Source of the DNA: Eledone cirrhosa
Taxonomy: Eukaryota
NCBI GenBank assembly: GCA_964016885.1
Contig: OZ024741.1
Coordinates: 186,001-250,000, forward strand
Direction: 5' to 3'
DNA length: 64,000 nucleotides
The notes beneath the pieces are model-generated. The model did no database searches and was not told the DNA's origin. It was given only the letters and a program-made list of their open reading frames with translations. Position 1 is the stretch's first letter. Each line of letters begins with the position of its first letter. Positions 1-13,605 of this stretch are shown piece after piece. The translations under genes were made by a program, and so were the position numbers.

Positions 1-652
1 ACAATAACACCAACTACAACAATAACACCAACAACAACAATAACACCAACACCAACAATAACACCAACAATAACACCAACAACAACAATAACACCAACAC
101 CAACAATAACACCAACAACAATAACACCAACAACAACAATAACACCAACACCAACAATAACACCAACAACAACAATAACACCAACACCAACAATAACACC
201 AACAACAACAATAACACCAACAACAACAATAACACCAACAACAACAATAACACCAACAACAACAATAACACCAACACCAACAATAACATCAACAACAACA
301 ATAACACCAACACCAACAATAACACCAACAATAACACCAACAACAACAATAACACCAACAACAACAATAACACCAACACCAACAATAACACCAACACCAA
401 CAATAACACCAACACCAACAATAACACCAACACCAACAATAACACCAACAACAACAATAACACCAACACCAACAATAACACCAACAACAACAATAACACC
501 AACACCAACAATAACACCAACAACAACAATAACACCAACACCAACAATAACACCATCAACAACAATAACACCAACACCAACAATAACACCAACAACAACA
601 ATAACACCAACAACAACAATAACACCAACAATAACAGCAATAATAATAACAA
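1..652. repeat. Compound (AAC/ACC/AAT) trinucleotide tandem repeat with an ~18-bp higher-order unit
   Basis: Recurrent acaataacaccaac(a/c)a.. units; the poly-L/V ORF is an artefact. Confidence 0.95.
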
Positions 653-654
653 TA

Positions 655-870
655 ACTGTTTCTACTATAGCCCAAGGTCAACAATTTGAAAGACTTTAAG
701 GGAAAGTAGATTAAATCAACACCAGTACATTACTGGTACTTTATTTTATCGACCACGTAAGGATGAACGGCAAAGTTAACCACGGCGGGGTTTGAACTCA
801 GGTAAAGGGCCATAAGTCTATGCCGCGTAGCAGGGTGTCCGACGCTCTACCGTTACTGGCAAACCACTGA
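655..870 (-). mobile_element. tRNA-derived SINE with Deu/Nin-domain-like core
   Basis: Minus strand reads B-box-like gagttcaaac, then ttaactttgccgttcatccttacgtggtcgataaaataaagtaccag, resembling the Deu/Nin SINE core; homologous copies elsewhere in window. Confidence 0.7.
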
Positions 871-1326
871 TAATAATAATGATGATGATGATGATGATGG
901 TGGTGATGGTGGTGATGATGGTGATGGTGGTGATGGTGATGGTGGTGATGGTTATGGTGATCGTGATGATGGTGATGGTGATGATGATGATGATGGTGAT
1001 GGTGGTGGTGGTGATGATGGTGGTGATGATGATGGTGATGGTGGTGATGGTGGTGATGGCGATGGTGGTGGTGATGGTGGTGATGGTGGTGATGGTGGTG
1101 ATGATGGTGGTGGTGATGATGGTGGTGATGGTGGTGGTGATGGTGATGATGGTGATGGTGATGATGATGGTGATGGTGGTGATGGTGGTGATGGTTATGA
1201 TGGTGATGATGGTGGTGATGATGTTGATGGTGATGGTGCTGATGGTGATGGTGATGGTGGTGATGGTGGTGGTGATGGTGGTGATGGTGATGGTAGTGGT
1301 GATGGTGGTGATGGTGATGATGATGA
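871..1326. repeat. (GAT/GGT)n trinucleotide microsatellite
   Basis: Directly visible; M/V- and T/I-rich ORFs are artefacts. Confidence 0.95.
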
Positions 1327-1430
1327 AAAAATCAACAATAAAAGAAAACAATTTCAATAAACTTCGGATAGAATTTATGTATGTATGTATGTATGTATAT
1401 ATGTGTATGTATGTATGTATGTATGTATGT

Positions 1431-2038
1431 CAGGTCACCAGTTGGTGCTACTGGTAACATGTATCCTAGTACAACCTGTCTCATGGTCGGGTCGTTGGCG
1501 ACTAAACTGGCAACCCCACCAAGGTTTCTTGGTGCGGAGGGTGACTTTGGACATCCTGCAGGACTAAAAACAAAACCTGTCAAAGGGCAAAGGAGCTCTT
1601 AAGAGTCAATGGCCATCCAAAATCACCGTGAGAGATGACCCCTTAGCCTTTGTCAAGACAGAATTCTAGGAGACGGAAAACTCTGATATAACACCTGCAA
1701 CCCTGATGGTATCCAATGATGTTGACTTGTTCTTCTTTTTGGTAAATATCATCTTGGTTAAGAGAGTGGGACTGGCTTTGTGCAGTGCCTTTGCTCACTA
1801 TAAAAGCTTCACGGCACAGGCATTGCTTTGTATCTGGAGATCTCTCTGCACTTGTCCTCACATGGTACCATGGGCCCAGCACTATGTGTCAATAATTGTC
1901 ACAAGTGTAGTGTTTGTACCAGAGTTTTCAAGTCGCTGGCTGGACTAAAAAGTCACACTCGTTCAGCCCATTGGTAGGGGTTCTCCTACATGGATATAAA
2001 GTAGTGGTCGTACTCGAAAACGAGTTGGCAGCCACCAT
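1431..2038 (+). mobile_element. ~600-bp non-autonomous RTE derivative (5' UTR fused to 3' end) inserted in (TATG)n
   Basis: RTE-like 5' UTR (ctaggagacggaaaactctga); residual C2H2 finger HKCSVCTRVFKSLAGLKSHTRSAH; 3' end gtactcgaaaacgagttggcagccacc+(TATG)n matches the adjacent RTE tail; homologues at 3683-4172 and 52285-52800. Confidence 0.75.
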
Positions 2039-2097
2039 GTATGTATGTATGTATGTATGTATGTATGTATGTATGTATGTATGTATGTATGTATGTA

Positions 2098-3496
2098 TTT
2101 ACATCAATCATAAGAGACCTCTTGTATGCAGATGATTGCGATCTTGTAGCGCACAAAGAGAGTGATATGCAGCACATTTTGAATGCATTTTCTGACGCTT
2201 GCACCGCCCTAGGTCTGACTGTCAGTCTCAAGAAAACCGTCATCATGTACCAACCTGCCCCTGGTAAGCAGTACACTGAACCAAACATCTATGTGTATGG
2301 CAAACGACTTGGAGTGGTTGATCAGTTTGTCTACCTGGGAAGCACTGTCAATCGATACGGCAACATTGACAGTGAAATCTCACTTAGGATTAGGAAAGCA
2401 AGTGATGCTTTCGGAAAGCTAGAAAGGCGACTCTGGGGTCGGCGAGACATATGCAGGAGGACAAAGGTAAAGGTGTACAGGGCATGTGTGCTCTCTTGTC
2501 TTCTTTATGCCTGCGAGACCTGGGTCACATATCGACACCACCTTAAGCAATTGGAGCGTTTCCATCAGATGTGTCTCAGACGGATCCATGGCGTTCACTG
2601 GAGGGACCACATCAGTGATGTCGAGATTTTGGAAAGCTCTATGTGTGACAGTATAGAAGCTCTTGTGCTTAAGCAACGACTCCGTTGGAGTGGTCACCTT
2701 GCCAGGATGAAGGATTCTAGAATACCAAAACAACTCTTTTATGGAGAGTTGGTTAAAGGAAAACTACCGCCACATAAACCAAAAAGGAGGTATAAGGATT
2801 CCTTGAAAGCCTCTCTGAAAGACGCTAACATCTCTGCTGAGACATGGGAGAATATTGCTGCTGATCGTAATAAATGGAGAAAGACTGTATATGAGGGAAA
2901 AGTTGCCTTTGAGGCATCTCGAATCGCATACGAGAAAGTAAAGCGGGATGTGAGGAAGGGCATTGCTGTTGCACTTCCAGACGGCGAGGGTCCTCCTATG
3001 GTGCTGACATGCAGCGTATGTGCGAGACTCTGCTTAAGCAAAGCTGGACTCGAAAGTCATCATCGCAGTCATAAAGTAAGACCAGTGGTTGACTACCAGG
3101 CTGCTGTTGGAGATGCTACTCATCATGCTTGCCAAACATGTGGTAGAGAATGTAAATCAGCAGGAGGGCTCAAGCGACATGCAAAAGTACACGAACTCCA
3201 ACCACAGCCGACTATTCCCAGTGAATGTTTTGGTTGCCGACTCTGTGCAAGACATTTTAGATCATTGGCTGGGCTAAAAGGCCACATTCGATCGCAGCGC
3301 TGTTAGTTGCTATCGTGTGTGTGTGTGTAGATATGCTTGTGTGTGTGCGTGTGTGTATATATATATATGTATATGTATATTATTATTGTTGTTGTCGTTA
3401 TTATTATTGTTGTTATTATTATTATTATTATTGTTATTAATGTATGTGTGTGTATATGCGTGTGTGTGAGTGTGTGTGTGTGTGTGTGTATATGTG

Positions 3497-3527
<31 letters not shown>

Positions 3528-3528
3528 C

Positions 3529-3561
<33 letters not shown>

Positions 3562-3645
3562 TTATTTATTTATTTATTTATTTATTTATTTTGTTTTTTC
3601 TTCTCCTGCAATGGCCATACTCGATAACGAGGGGCAGCCATCATG
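2098..3645 (+). mobile_element. 5'-truncated RTE-clade LINE; ORF to 3306 encodes RT C-terminal half plus three C2H2-type zinc fingers
   Basis: LYADD, YLGS, LRWSGHLARM, RIPKQLFYGEL motifs; CSVC..H..H, CQTC..H..H, CRLC..H; 3' end gcaatggccatactcgataacgaggggcagcc+(TATG)n. Confidence 0.9.
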
Positions 3646-3682
3646 TATGTATGTATGTATGTGTGTATATATGTGTGTATGT

Positions 3683-4172
3683 AGGGTGACTTTTGACATC
3701 CTGCAGGTCTAAAAACAAAACCTGTCAAAGGGCAAAGGAGCTCTTAAGAGTCAATGGTCATCCAAAATCACCGGGAGAGATGACCCCTTAGCCTTTGTCA
3801 AGGCAGAATTCTAGGAGCAGGAAAACTCTGATATAACACCTGCAAACCTGATGGTATCCAATGATGTTGACTTATTGTTCTTTTTGGTAAATATCATCTT
3901 GTTTAAGAGAGTGGGACTGGCTTTGTGCCATGCCTTTGCTCACTATAAAAGCTTCACGGCACAGGCATTGCTTTATATCTGGAGATCTCTCTGCACTTGT
4001 CATCACATGGTACCATGGACCCAGCACTATGTGTCAGTAATTACACAAGTGTACCAGAGTTTTCAAGTCGCTGGCTGGACTAAAACGTCACACTCGTTCA
4101 GCGCATCGCTAGGGGTTCTCCTACATGGATATAGAGTATTGGCCGTACTTGAAAACGAGTTGGCAGCCACCA
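3683..4172 (+). mobile_element. Second, 5'-truncated copy of the non-autonomous RTE derivative
   Basis: Near-colinear with 1539-2038; ends in (TATG)n. Confidence 0.85.
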
Positions 4173-4345
4173 TGTGTGTATGTATGTATGTATGTATGTA
4201 TGTATGTATGTATGTATGTATGTATGTATGTATATATATGTATGTATATAAATGGTTAAGATTTAATCAAGGTAGTCACCTTGATTAAATCTTAACCATT
4301 TGGCATCTCAAGATGTGTCATGTATCTCAAGATGTGTCATGTATC

Positions 4346-4405
4346 ATTGTATTTTGTCTGATGAGGACGTGCTGTTGTACATCTGAAATATGTGTGGGGT
4401 GTGAT
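4346..4405 (+). ncRNA. Degenerate type-I hammerhead ribozyme motif, preceded by a hairpin at 4251-4300
   Basis: CTGATGA 4358-4364, stem II ggacgtgc/gtacatct, GAAA 4385-4388; stem I attgtattttgt/gtggggtgtgat pairs mostly by G-U. Confidence 0.55.
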
Positions 4406-4510
4406 TGGTGAAAGGAACGTCTGTTTTATTGATATTTGTATTTTAATATATATATATATATATATATATTTTTCTCGTGCAATGGCCATACTCGATAACG
4501 AGCCATCATC

Positions 4511-5170
<660 letters not shown>

Positions 5171-5716
5171 CAAGCAGCACAAAGTTATACACACAGCAGT
5201 ATCTACAAAAGACATCAACAATAGCTTTTAAACAACAACGTCGCCCACCATTCTATTTTGCTCACTCTATACCTCCCACCCTCCTAGCACAACACCTATC
5301 CTTCCTCCCTTCCACCCATTACCACCTTCTACCCGCCATCCGGCGTCAGCCATCTTGAAGGTTTAACACCTTTGTCTATATCTCTCCACGTGTCCGCTGT
5401 TTGTAATTTCGGGACGACTCAAAGCCGCCCATCCTATTCACCGTTGTTGCTCTATTTGGTGTGGTTTTAACATTTGAACATGGCGCTCAATGGGAGAAAC
5501 GACTCGCCCCATTCGGCATGCCAGCTCGTACCAACGTTTTCCCACCCCTCGGCTCTTACTTTCCTACCTCCACAAAACCCAGCCCAATCAAAAACATAAA
5601 GAATATACTCGGCAAACTCACAGATACAAACACCTTCCCACACACACACTAGATAGATACACGAACACAAGGCCATATACATACTCATATATATGTGCAT
5701 GTTCGCATGTATATAA

Positions 5717-5799
<83 letters not shown>

Positions 5800-5905
5800 A
5801 TTATATATATATATAATTATATATATATATGTATATTTATATACATGTATATACATATATACATATATACATATATGTGTGTGTGTGTGTGTGTGTGTAT
5901 TATAC

Positions 5906-5942
<37 letters not shown>

Positions 5943-6364
5943 AGAAGTTGTATTAAGTACATGTATATATATATGTGTGTGTGTGCATGTGTGTAAATGT
6001 ATATGTGTATGTGTATCTGTATGTGTGTATTTGTGTGCATATGTTTGAGCATGTAAGTGAAATATATGTGTATATATAGAGTGAGGAAGGCTAGAGAGAG
6101 AGAAGCATGCACGTGACAAAAAAAGGTGTCGCCGTAATGTTTTTTTCCGGTAATAAAGCAATGACCACGCCTCTCTGGTCACCGTTAACAGAGCCAGATC
6201 ACATGGCCTGCCCCGTTCTGCCAACGACCCTCCCGATGACACAACACCTTAAATTGTCGTTTCTCACAATCAACAAACGACTCACATCCGTGAAATAAAA
6301 AATATAAAGAGATAAAGATTTCAACCTTTTCTTGTGAAATGTTCCACTTAACTTTAGGGAGGAG

Positions 6365-6511
6365 ATGTTGTTGTTGTTGTTGTTGTTGTTGTTGCTGTTG
6401 TTGCTGTTGTTGTTGTTGTTGATGTTGTTGCTGATGTTGTTGTTGTTGCTGATGTTGTTGTTGTTGTTGTTGTTATTGTTATTGTTGTTGCTGATGTTGT
6501 TGTTGTTGTTT

Positions 6512-6547
<36 letters not shown>

Positions 6548-6691
6548 TAGTGGTTGTTGTTGTGGTTGTTGTAGTGGTTGTTGTTGTGGTTGTTTTTGTT
6601 GTAGTGTTTGTTGTTGTGGCTGTTGTAGTGGTTGTTGTTGTGGTTGTTGTTGTGGTTGTTGTTGTGGTTGTTGTAGTGGATGTTGTTGTGG

Positions 6692-6723
<32 letters not shown>

Positions 6724-6728
6724 ACTGA

Positions 6729-6780
<52 letters not shown>

Positions 6781-6870
6781 GCTGATGTTGTTGTTGTTGT
6801 TATTGTTATTGTTGCTGCTGATGTTGTTGTTGTTGTTGTTGTTGTTGTTATTGTTGTTGATGATGTCGTT

Positions 6871-6910
<40 letters not shown>

Positions 6911-6918
6911 CTGATGTT
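6365..6918. repeat. (TTG)n-based microsatellite
   Basis: Directly visible. Confidence 0.95.
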
Positions 6919-7112
6919 ATATTTAATTAATTGATTAATACGCTAGAATTGCTCAAATAATTATTTAAGTCTATAAAATGAATAAAGTATGTTTGTGTGT
7001 ATATGTGTGTGTATATATGTATACGTGTGTGTGTGGTGTGTCTGTGTGTCTGTGGATATGCACATGTGTGTCTGTGTGTATGTGCATATGCACATGTGTG
7101 TGTATGTGTATA

Positions 7113-7147
<35 letters not shown>

Positions 7148-7239
7148 ATACAGAGTAATGTAGAAGAAAAGGCTTACTTGAGACAGTTCCTTGAATCTGA
7201 CTGTGGCCCTTTATCTCTGCCCCGACTCCCCTTCAAATC

Positions 7240-7600
7240 ACCACCGCCTCATCCCACGACCACCTCATCCCACCACCACCTCACCACCACAGCACCCCAC
7301 CACCACCACCTCACCCCACCACCACCACCTCACCCCACCTCACCCCACATCATCCTACCACCACCACCTCACCCCACATCATCCTACCACCACCACCTCA
7401 CCCCACATCATCCTACCACCACCACCTCACCCCACATCACCTCATCCCACCACCACCTCACCCCATATCACCTCATCCCACCACCACCTCACCACCACCT
7501 CACCCCACCACCACCTCACCCCACCACCACCTCACCCCACATCACCCCACCAACATCACCTCACCCAACCACACCCCACATCACCTCACCCCACCACCCT
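7240..7600. repeat. C/A-rich low-complexity tandem repeat (cacctcaccccacatcatcctaccaccac-like)
   Basis: Directly visible; H/P/T-rich ORFs are artefacts. Confidence 0.85.
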
Positions 7601-7679
7601 CTCAGCTGAACAACTTTGAACTCTCGATCTTTCGATTGTTCTTTAGTAAATTTAGAGGAGGAGTTTATTATTTGATGAC

Positions 7680-8220
7680 GGTTGACCACCGAGTCCATTG
7701 TCATGATCAAACCGCCACCCTCCTTCAAAAACGAAGGAGAGGCGGTTTTCCTTTGTGTGATAGCTATGGCGAAAGAGGTTGTATGGTGGACAAGGTTGAA
7801 AAGGCTGAGGTCAGACACCTTTCTCTCCGGCCAACAACTGATTCTTTTTTTCAAATACCACTTTGGAAGAAGAATCAGGATGGAGAGAGAGGTGCTGTAC
7901 CCCAGCAAGTTTTATGAAAGGTGGGTGAAAGTGGCGAGAATGGCCCGAGTGAATGGGCCTTCTCTCTATATCAGCCTGTAGGTTGATGAAAAGGAGGAGG
8001 AGAGGAAAGGAGTACAAGCTCTTCGTACTCCTGGAGATGAGGGTTGCACATTTTTTTTCGGGGGTATGTGTTACCCATATAAACTGTCTCCCTCTATTGG
8101 GGAAAATCGACTAACTTTTAAATTCCATCTGTGATAACATTTTACACGTTTTTATTGTATGTAAACTTCCCCCTTTGTATTTGTCCCCTTGTTTTGTGCC
8201 CCTGTGGCTAATAAAGAAAT
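7680..8220 (+). mobile_element. 3' fragment of L1/Tx1-type LINE
   Basis: AKEVVWWTRLK..FFKYHF..RMEREVL matches the C-terminus of other copies; ends gtggctaataaagaaa+(TCTA)n. Confidence 0.8.
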
Positions 8221-8227
8221 ATATCTA

Positions 8228-8258
<31 letters not shown>

Positions 8259-8307
8259 ATCTATTTTCCTACCTATCTACCTCTCTATCTATCTATCTAT
8301 CTACGCA

Positions 8308-11300
8308 TCTCTCTGTCAACCAGGAGGTGGAGGGGGAGTTGCTGTTCTGTTTCGAAAAAACTTGGATCTCAAAATACAGACGATTCACTTGGACCCGGAG
8401 GGCAGCCTGGTCGTCCTGGACGTGAATAGTACTGAAGGTGGAGCTTTCAGACCTGTGGCCGTATATGCCCCGACTGGGACATCGCGACCAGAGTTCTTCA
8501 AGCGTCTGGAGCCATTCCTGGGAACGTCTCGCTCCTTAGTATTAGCGGGGGACTGGAATGGCATCTTAGACGCACGTTGGGACTATGTAGGAGCTTGTGA
8601 TAATAGAGGGGGGGTGTAATAGCCTCAAAAATCTCATCAGCCAATTCCAACTGGCTGATAGATATCGACTAGACTTCCAAAGTGCACCACTGTGGGCGTG
8701 GAGCAACCGCACTGGGTCTTCTAGATCGTATTTAGATAGATTTTTAATTATACAGAATGATAAGGAAACATTAAGCTGTTCACAAATGCACATGGTTGCC
8801 TATTCAGACCACAAATTAGTCACCTGCGTAGTCAACCTTGATAGAACACAAAGACAGGGACCCGGATACTGGAAGCTAAACATGTCGCTCCCGGCGCGTA
8901 AGGCCTACAGTAAACGGATCAGCACCTTTGTTAAGTGCCAGTTGACGGGGGCGATCGTCAACAACAGGTGGTGGAGCTCTCTCAAGAGAGCAATTAGAAT
9001 AGAATCGATAGCATTTAGCAAGGGAGTAGCTTTAGAAAAAAACAAAACTGCAGAGTAACTGGTAGCTAAAATAGAAGAGGCACTTAGGAATGGCAGTACA
9101 GCTGACGTGCTAGCGGCGAGAACGGCACTAGACCAGTTCTTCAACGTGAAACACGAAGGTTGTATTGTCAGAAGGAGAACACGTGCTCTAAGAAACGAGG
9201 GAGCCAAAGCTGTTAGCTGGGTCCGAGGCGAACAGTTGAAACAAATCCACAATTCGGTCTTTTCAGGACAAAGATGGACGCATTATACTTGAACCCAAGC
9301 AGATGTGCGCGGCCTTCCAGCAGCATTTTGCACAACTGTTCGGGCAAAGCGTTACATCGAGCGAGGTGGACTTCAGCTCCTACCTAGACGTTGTACCACG
9401 ATTCTCGAGCACGGATGCGGAGAGCTGCAAAAGGCCGATCACAGCGGGCGAAATAGAAGATGCCCTAGCCGCTGCGGGAAACGCAAATCGCCCGGTTTAG
9501 ATGGTCTACCCTATGAGTTTTACATAGGCATGCCAGACTTGTTCTCTGGCGTCCTCGAAGCGGTCTACTGCAACTGGCAGCAGAACGGGAGGATTCCCAG
9601 TTCTGTAGGCACAGGCGTAGTAACGCTGATCAGGAAAGATGAGAACAAGGGGGATGAGATAAGCAATTTCAGGCCCATAACTCTGCTCAACACAGAGTTA
9701 AAGATTTTGGCCAAGGTGTTAGCAGCAAGGCTGGCGCTTGTCGTCGAGAACCTGGTAGGGGAAGCCCAAACGCTTGCAATCCCGACCAGGTCCATACATC
9801 ATAGAGAGGGTAGGGTGTAAACCTGGCTTTGGTGGGGCTCTGATCAATTTAGATCAGTCTAAGGCATTTGATAGGGTCGACCATCAATACTTGGAAGCAG
9901 TTCTCAACTCGGCCGGCTTCGGTCCCGTCTTCAGAGGCTGGATCGCTGCCATGCACATCAGCATCTGCTCGGCAGTCAAGGTGAATGGCTACCTATCAGA
10001 GCCATTCCAAATCATGCGTTCCATCCGTCAGGGATGCCCTCTCTCCTCCATTCTGTATGTACTGACTCTTGAGCCGTTACTGCGGAAATTGGAGCTATTG
10101 CAGGGCATCCCGATCGAACCAGGACTGCGGAAAGCGGTGACAGCCTATGCCGACGACATAACCGTAATGGTGTCGAAAACCTCGGAAATCAGGGTAATCG
10201 GCAACCTATTACAGGAATACAAAACGTTGACAGGAGCAAGACTAAACCCAAACAAGTCTGTCGGTTTGCAACTCGGCACACGGAGAGGCAAACCCATGCC
10301 TTCCGACAGTGTCGTTGGACGCTGGACGGAAGGACCGGTGAAATTGCTTGGGGTCTGGTTCGGTCCAGACCTCCAGGTGGACAAAAACTGGAACGAGCTC
10401 ACGGCAAAGGTGTTTGCACTCACCCAGAAATGGGCTGAGTGCAAACTCTCCTTAAAAGGTAGAGCGGAGGTGGCGAACACTTACATAGCGTCCGTCATCT
10501 ACTACCGCTTGACAGTCATGCCTTGTCCCCGCGATCAACTCACCAAAATGGAACGCCTACTCTTCAAATTTCTTTGGAAGAAACAGGCTCTGTTGGGGAG
10601 GAGATATATCTGCTGTTAACACCTTTCTAATGGAGGGTTGGGCATGCCATGGCTGATGATGCGCAAATACACGCTGAGGCTAGGCCATCTCCAGGTGTCC
10701 CTGACCGGTGAACCAGTGTGGTTGTCGTTTGTGAGAAAAGCTTTTCCACAACTCGTCTCACTAACAGAGCTGCAATCCTAGGTCAAGCGAAGACCGAAAA
10801 TGGACGCCTGGCACCTCGAGTGCGTTCAGGCGTTCACAGCCCTCTACCAAGCGGAAACGGCAATCAGCGGAGACTTCACTTCGACATTCTATAGGGGATT
10901 AGTGGAGGATAAGTGCGACGACGTTCTCGGGGAAACTCTAGGTATCGAAGAGGGCGAACTGGCCAGTCTGTTCGGTAGGACTTTCCGTCCAGAGCCTATG
11001 GATAACTTCCAGATGTCTCTGGCCTGGCAGTGCTACCGAGGAGCTCTACCATTTCGAGACAAAATCTACAGGCACGGACCCCTGGCAGAGATCCTGCCAA
11101 AAGGACCTGTCCACGATGAGAGCAGGACATCGAAACCGTTCTGCACGCAATTTGTTCAGTGCCCAGGGGTGACTGACCTGTGGAATTATGTCGAAGAGCT
11201 ACTATCACGTGTGGGACGCATCCAGTTGTCAGAAAGAGGTAATATGGTAGACGAGGTTAAAAGGACTGAAGACAAACACCTCTCCCCCAGGACAACAACT

Positions 11301-11686
11301 CATCCCTTCTTTAAATACCACTTTAGAAGGAATGTGAGAGTGGAGAGAGAGGTGATACACCCAAGTAAATTCGCTGAAGGTGGGTGAATGTGGCGAAAAT
11401 GGCCCGAGTGAATGGGCCTTTTCTGTATATAAACCTGTAGGTTGAGGGAGATAAACAGAGGGAAGACGGGAACACCTACAAAACGTGCTCCTGGTGTTGA
11501 AGGTTGTCCTATCCACAGGGTGTGAAACAACCCCGCAGTAACGTTCCCCCATTGGGGATTTCGATTGTTTTATTTTATATATAGTTTATTGTTATTCATC
11601 ATTGTTAAAGATTTTATGTAAAACCCCCGCCGTCACGTCTTGTAATGTCCCACTTTTGTACGCCCTTGTGGCAAATAAAGAAAGAT
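8308..11686 (+). mobile_element. Degenerate L1/Tx1-type LINE ORF2 (APE endonuclease, RT, C-terminal domain)
   Basis: VYAP, GDWN, YLDRF, SDHK (APE); KSPGLDG, FRPITLLN, DQSKAFDRV, RQGCPLS, YADD (RT); many frameshifts; ends aataaagaaaga+(TC)n. Confidence 0.92.
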
Positions 11687-11689
11687 CTC

Positions 11690-11807
<118 letters not shown>

Positions 11808-12016
11808 TATGTATGTATACGTACATACATATATGTATACAGACGTACAGTAGTATGTATATATATACATACATGCACACATATATACATGCACGTATCG
11901 GTTTACCGAACATTTATTTTAATGCTCGGTTTATTTGTAAACAAACAAACAGCCCGAATTACGCCGTACAGTGTTTAGGCAACCACGTCACCTTTTTGTT
12001 CAACACTGACACAGGA

Positions 12017-12059
12017 ACGATGTACTAGTTTCAAGCTTATTAGCTATCGTCAGCATCAT
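12017..12059 (-). ncRNA. Complete minimal type-I hammerhead ribozyme (PLE type)
   Basis: Minus strand ATGATG-CTGACGA-TAGCT-AATA-AGCTT-GAAA-CTAG-TA/CATCGT; palindromic stem III; in unit 11805-12285 with IR 12180-12285; homologue inverted at 51170-51445. Confidence 0.75.
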
Positions 12060-12278
12060 ATACCTTCCTGCCAGATGGTTGAACGTCTGAAAGTATATAC
12101 TTTCCTTATGCATATTAACGGCTGAGCAGCCTAATTTGCATATCGAGTGAGTTCAGTCGGCCGAGCACACCGAAAACGATAAATAGAATAGAATGAAACG
12201 AAATTTCATTTCTCACTCTTACATTTAAGTAAGTGCCGTACTAAGATTGAGAAATGAAATTTCGTTTCATTCTATTCC

Positions 12279-12326
<48 letters not shown>

Positions 12327-12427
12327 AAATGTGCGAGATCCTTGGTACAGTTAGGTATATTTGAAAAAAAGCAACAGAATGACTTCACTTGTAGTTCTAA
12401 ATAATTTTATTTAATTTTATAATATTA

Positions 12428-13605
12428 CTAGCAGAATGGCCCCGCGTTGCTCGGGATTCTATACTTATATTGGCATGTTTATCCCTCCTTTCTGAAACAG
12501 TACAAGGATGTACGGAATACCTCGACCTCGGGATGGTGTCTACATTTTGTGCTTATAAAAAAATATTCGTCGTAGATTTCCAGGGGTTTTACTTAATTGG
12601 GTACCTGAGAGTAAAATGTTCAACCTACGAAAGCCAAGATGATAGGGTTAAGCAAAAAGGCATTCGACAAACCAAACATGTATTTTTTGTGCTATGTTAC
12701 AATGAAAACTATAGTTATAGAACAGTAAGCATGCAGTGGTGGAGAGTGGTGTTGTCTTACTCCTTTCAATGTTTCGTCGTATGTTCACTAATAAAAAGTG
12801 AAGTCGCCTTGGGTGAATAAGCAAATAAATTTCTATTACGATTTTTCAAAAGCATGTAATTGCGTTCCCTCTCTTTTTTGTTGTTTTTACTGCTGTTGGT
12901 GTGATGGCAGCCGTTGGTCGTACTACTAACACAGTCTCGTCCTACTTCAGCCAATCGTGTATATCCCCTTCTGCCTCGTCTACCTAAAAAATGATTGTAG
13001 CACCTCCTTGTACACAATGTTCCTTGTTCTTCCGTGTCGGGCATATGCAAAGAGATTTATCTTGCTTCCCACTCTTGAGCAGCCAACGTATGAAAATATA
13101 TATTAAAATAACAGATTAAAGTTTAAGCAAAGAATCGTTGCTTTCACCCTTAACGGGATCTGCTGAAACTAAAAAAATCAATCTGTGAACGCAGAAGTAA
13201 ATATTTCGAAAAACGTTGCAACCGAAGGAAAACAGGAAGACGATACTTTGGTTCGTGAAGACGTTCCCTAGCAATGAACGGAAAATAGCGAAGATAATAC
13301 GCCAGCAATGAGAACAATATGTGTCATAATGTCGTGATGCAGACATGCAGACAAACAGACAGATGTTATAAGGGCGCGACGTTATAGCTATGTATCTATC
13401 TAAAAGTACAGATTAAGAAATACAGAGAGATCGCTAACTGGTGCCTAATACGGTCCCTAGGGCATTGAAAATTTGAAATATTTTTGCTCAAAACATTCAC
13501 ACGAGCATAAGTATTACATGTGTAAAGTTTGAAAAAAATCGGTTGGGTGGTTCTCGAGTTTTAGGGAGACAGACAGACAGACATTCTCTGTTTTAAATAT
13601 ATTGA
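12428..13605 (-). mobile_element. Non-autonomous Helitron with helicase C-terminal remnant
   Basis: Minus strand: 5' TC at 13605, (CTGT)n, remnant YVGCSRVGSKINLFAYARHGRTRNIVYKEVL (~13090-12998), hairpin cccgagcaacgcggg, 3' CTAG followed by T. Confidence 0.75.

Noticed and set aside
5220-6360. Unique-looking segments that might be promoter or exon sequence
   Set aside because: No recognisable motif, homologue or credible ORF; left unannotated
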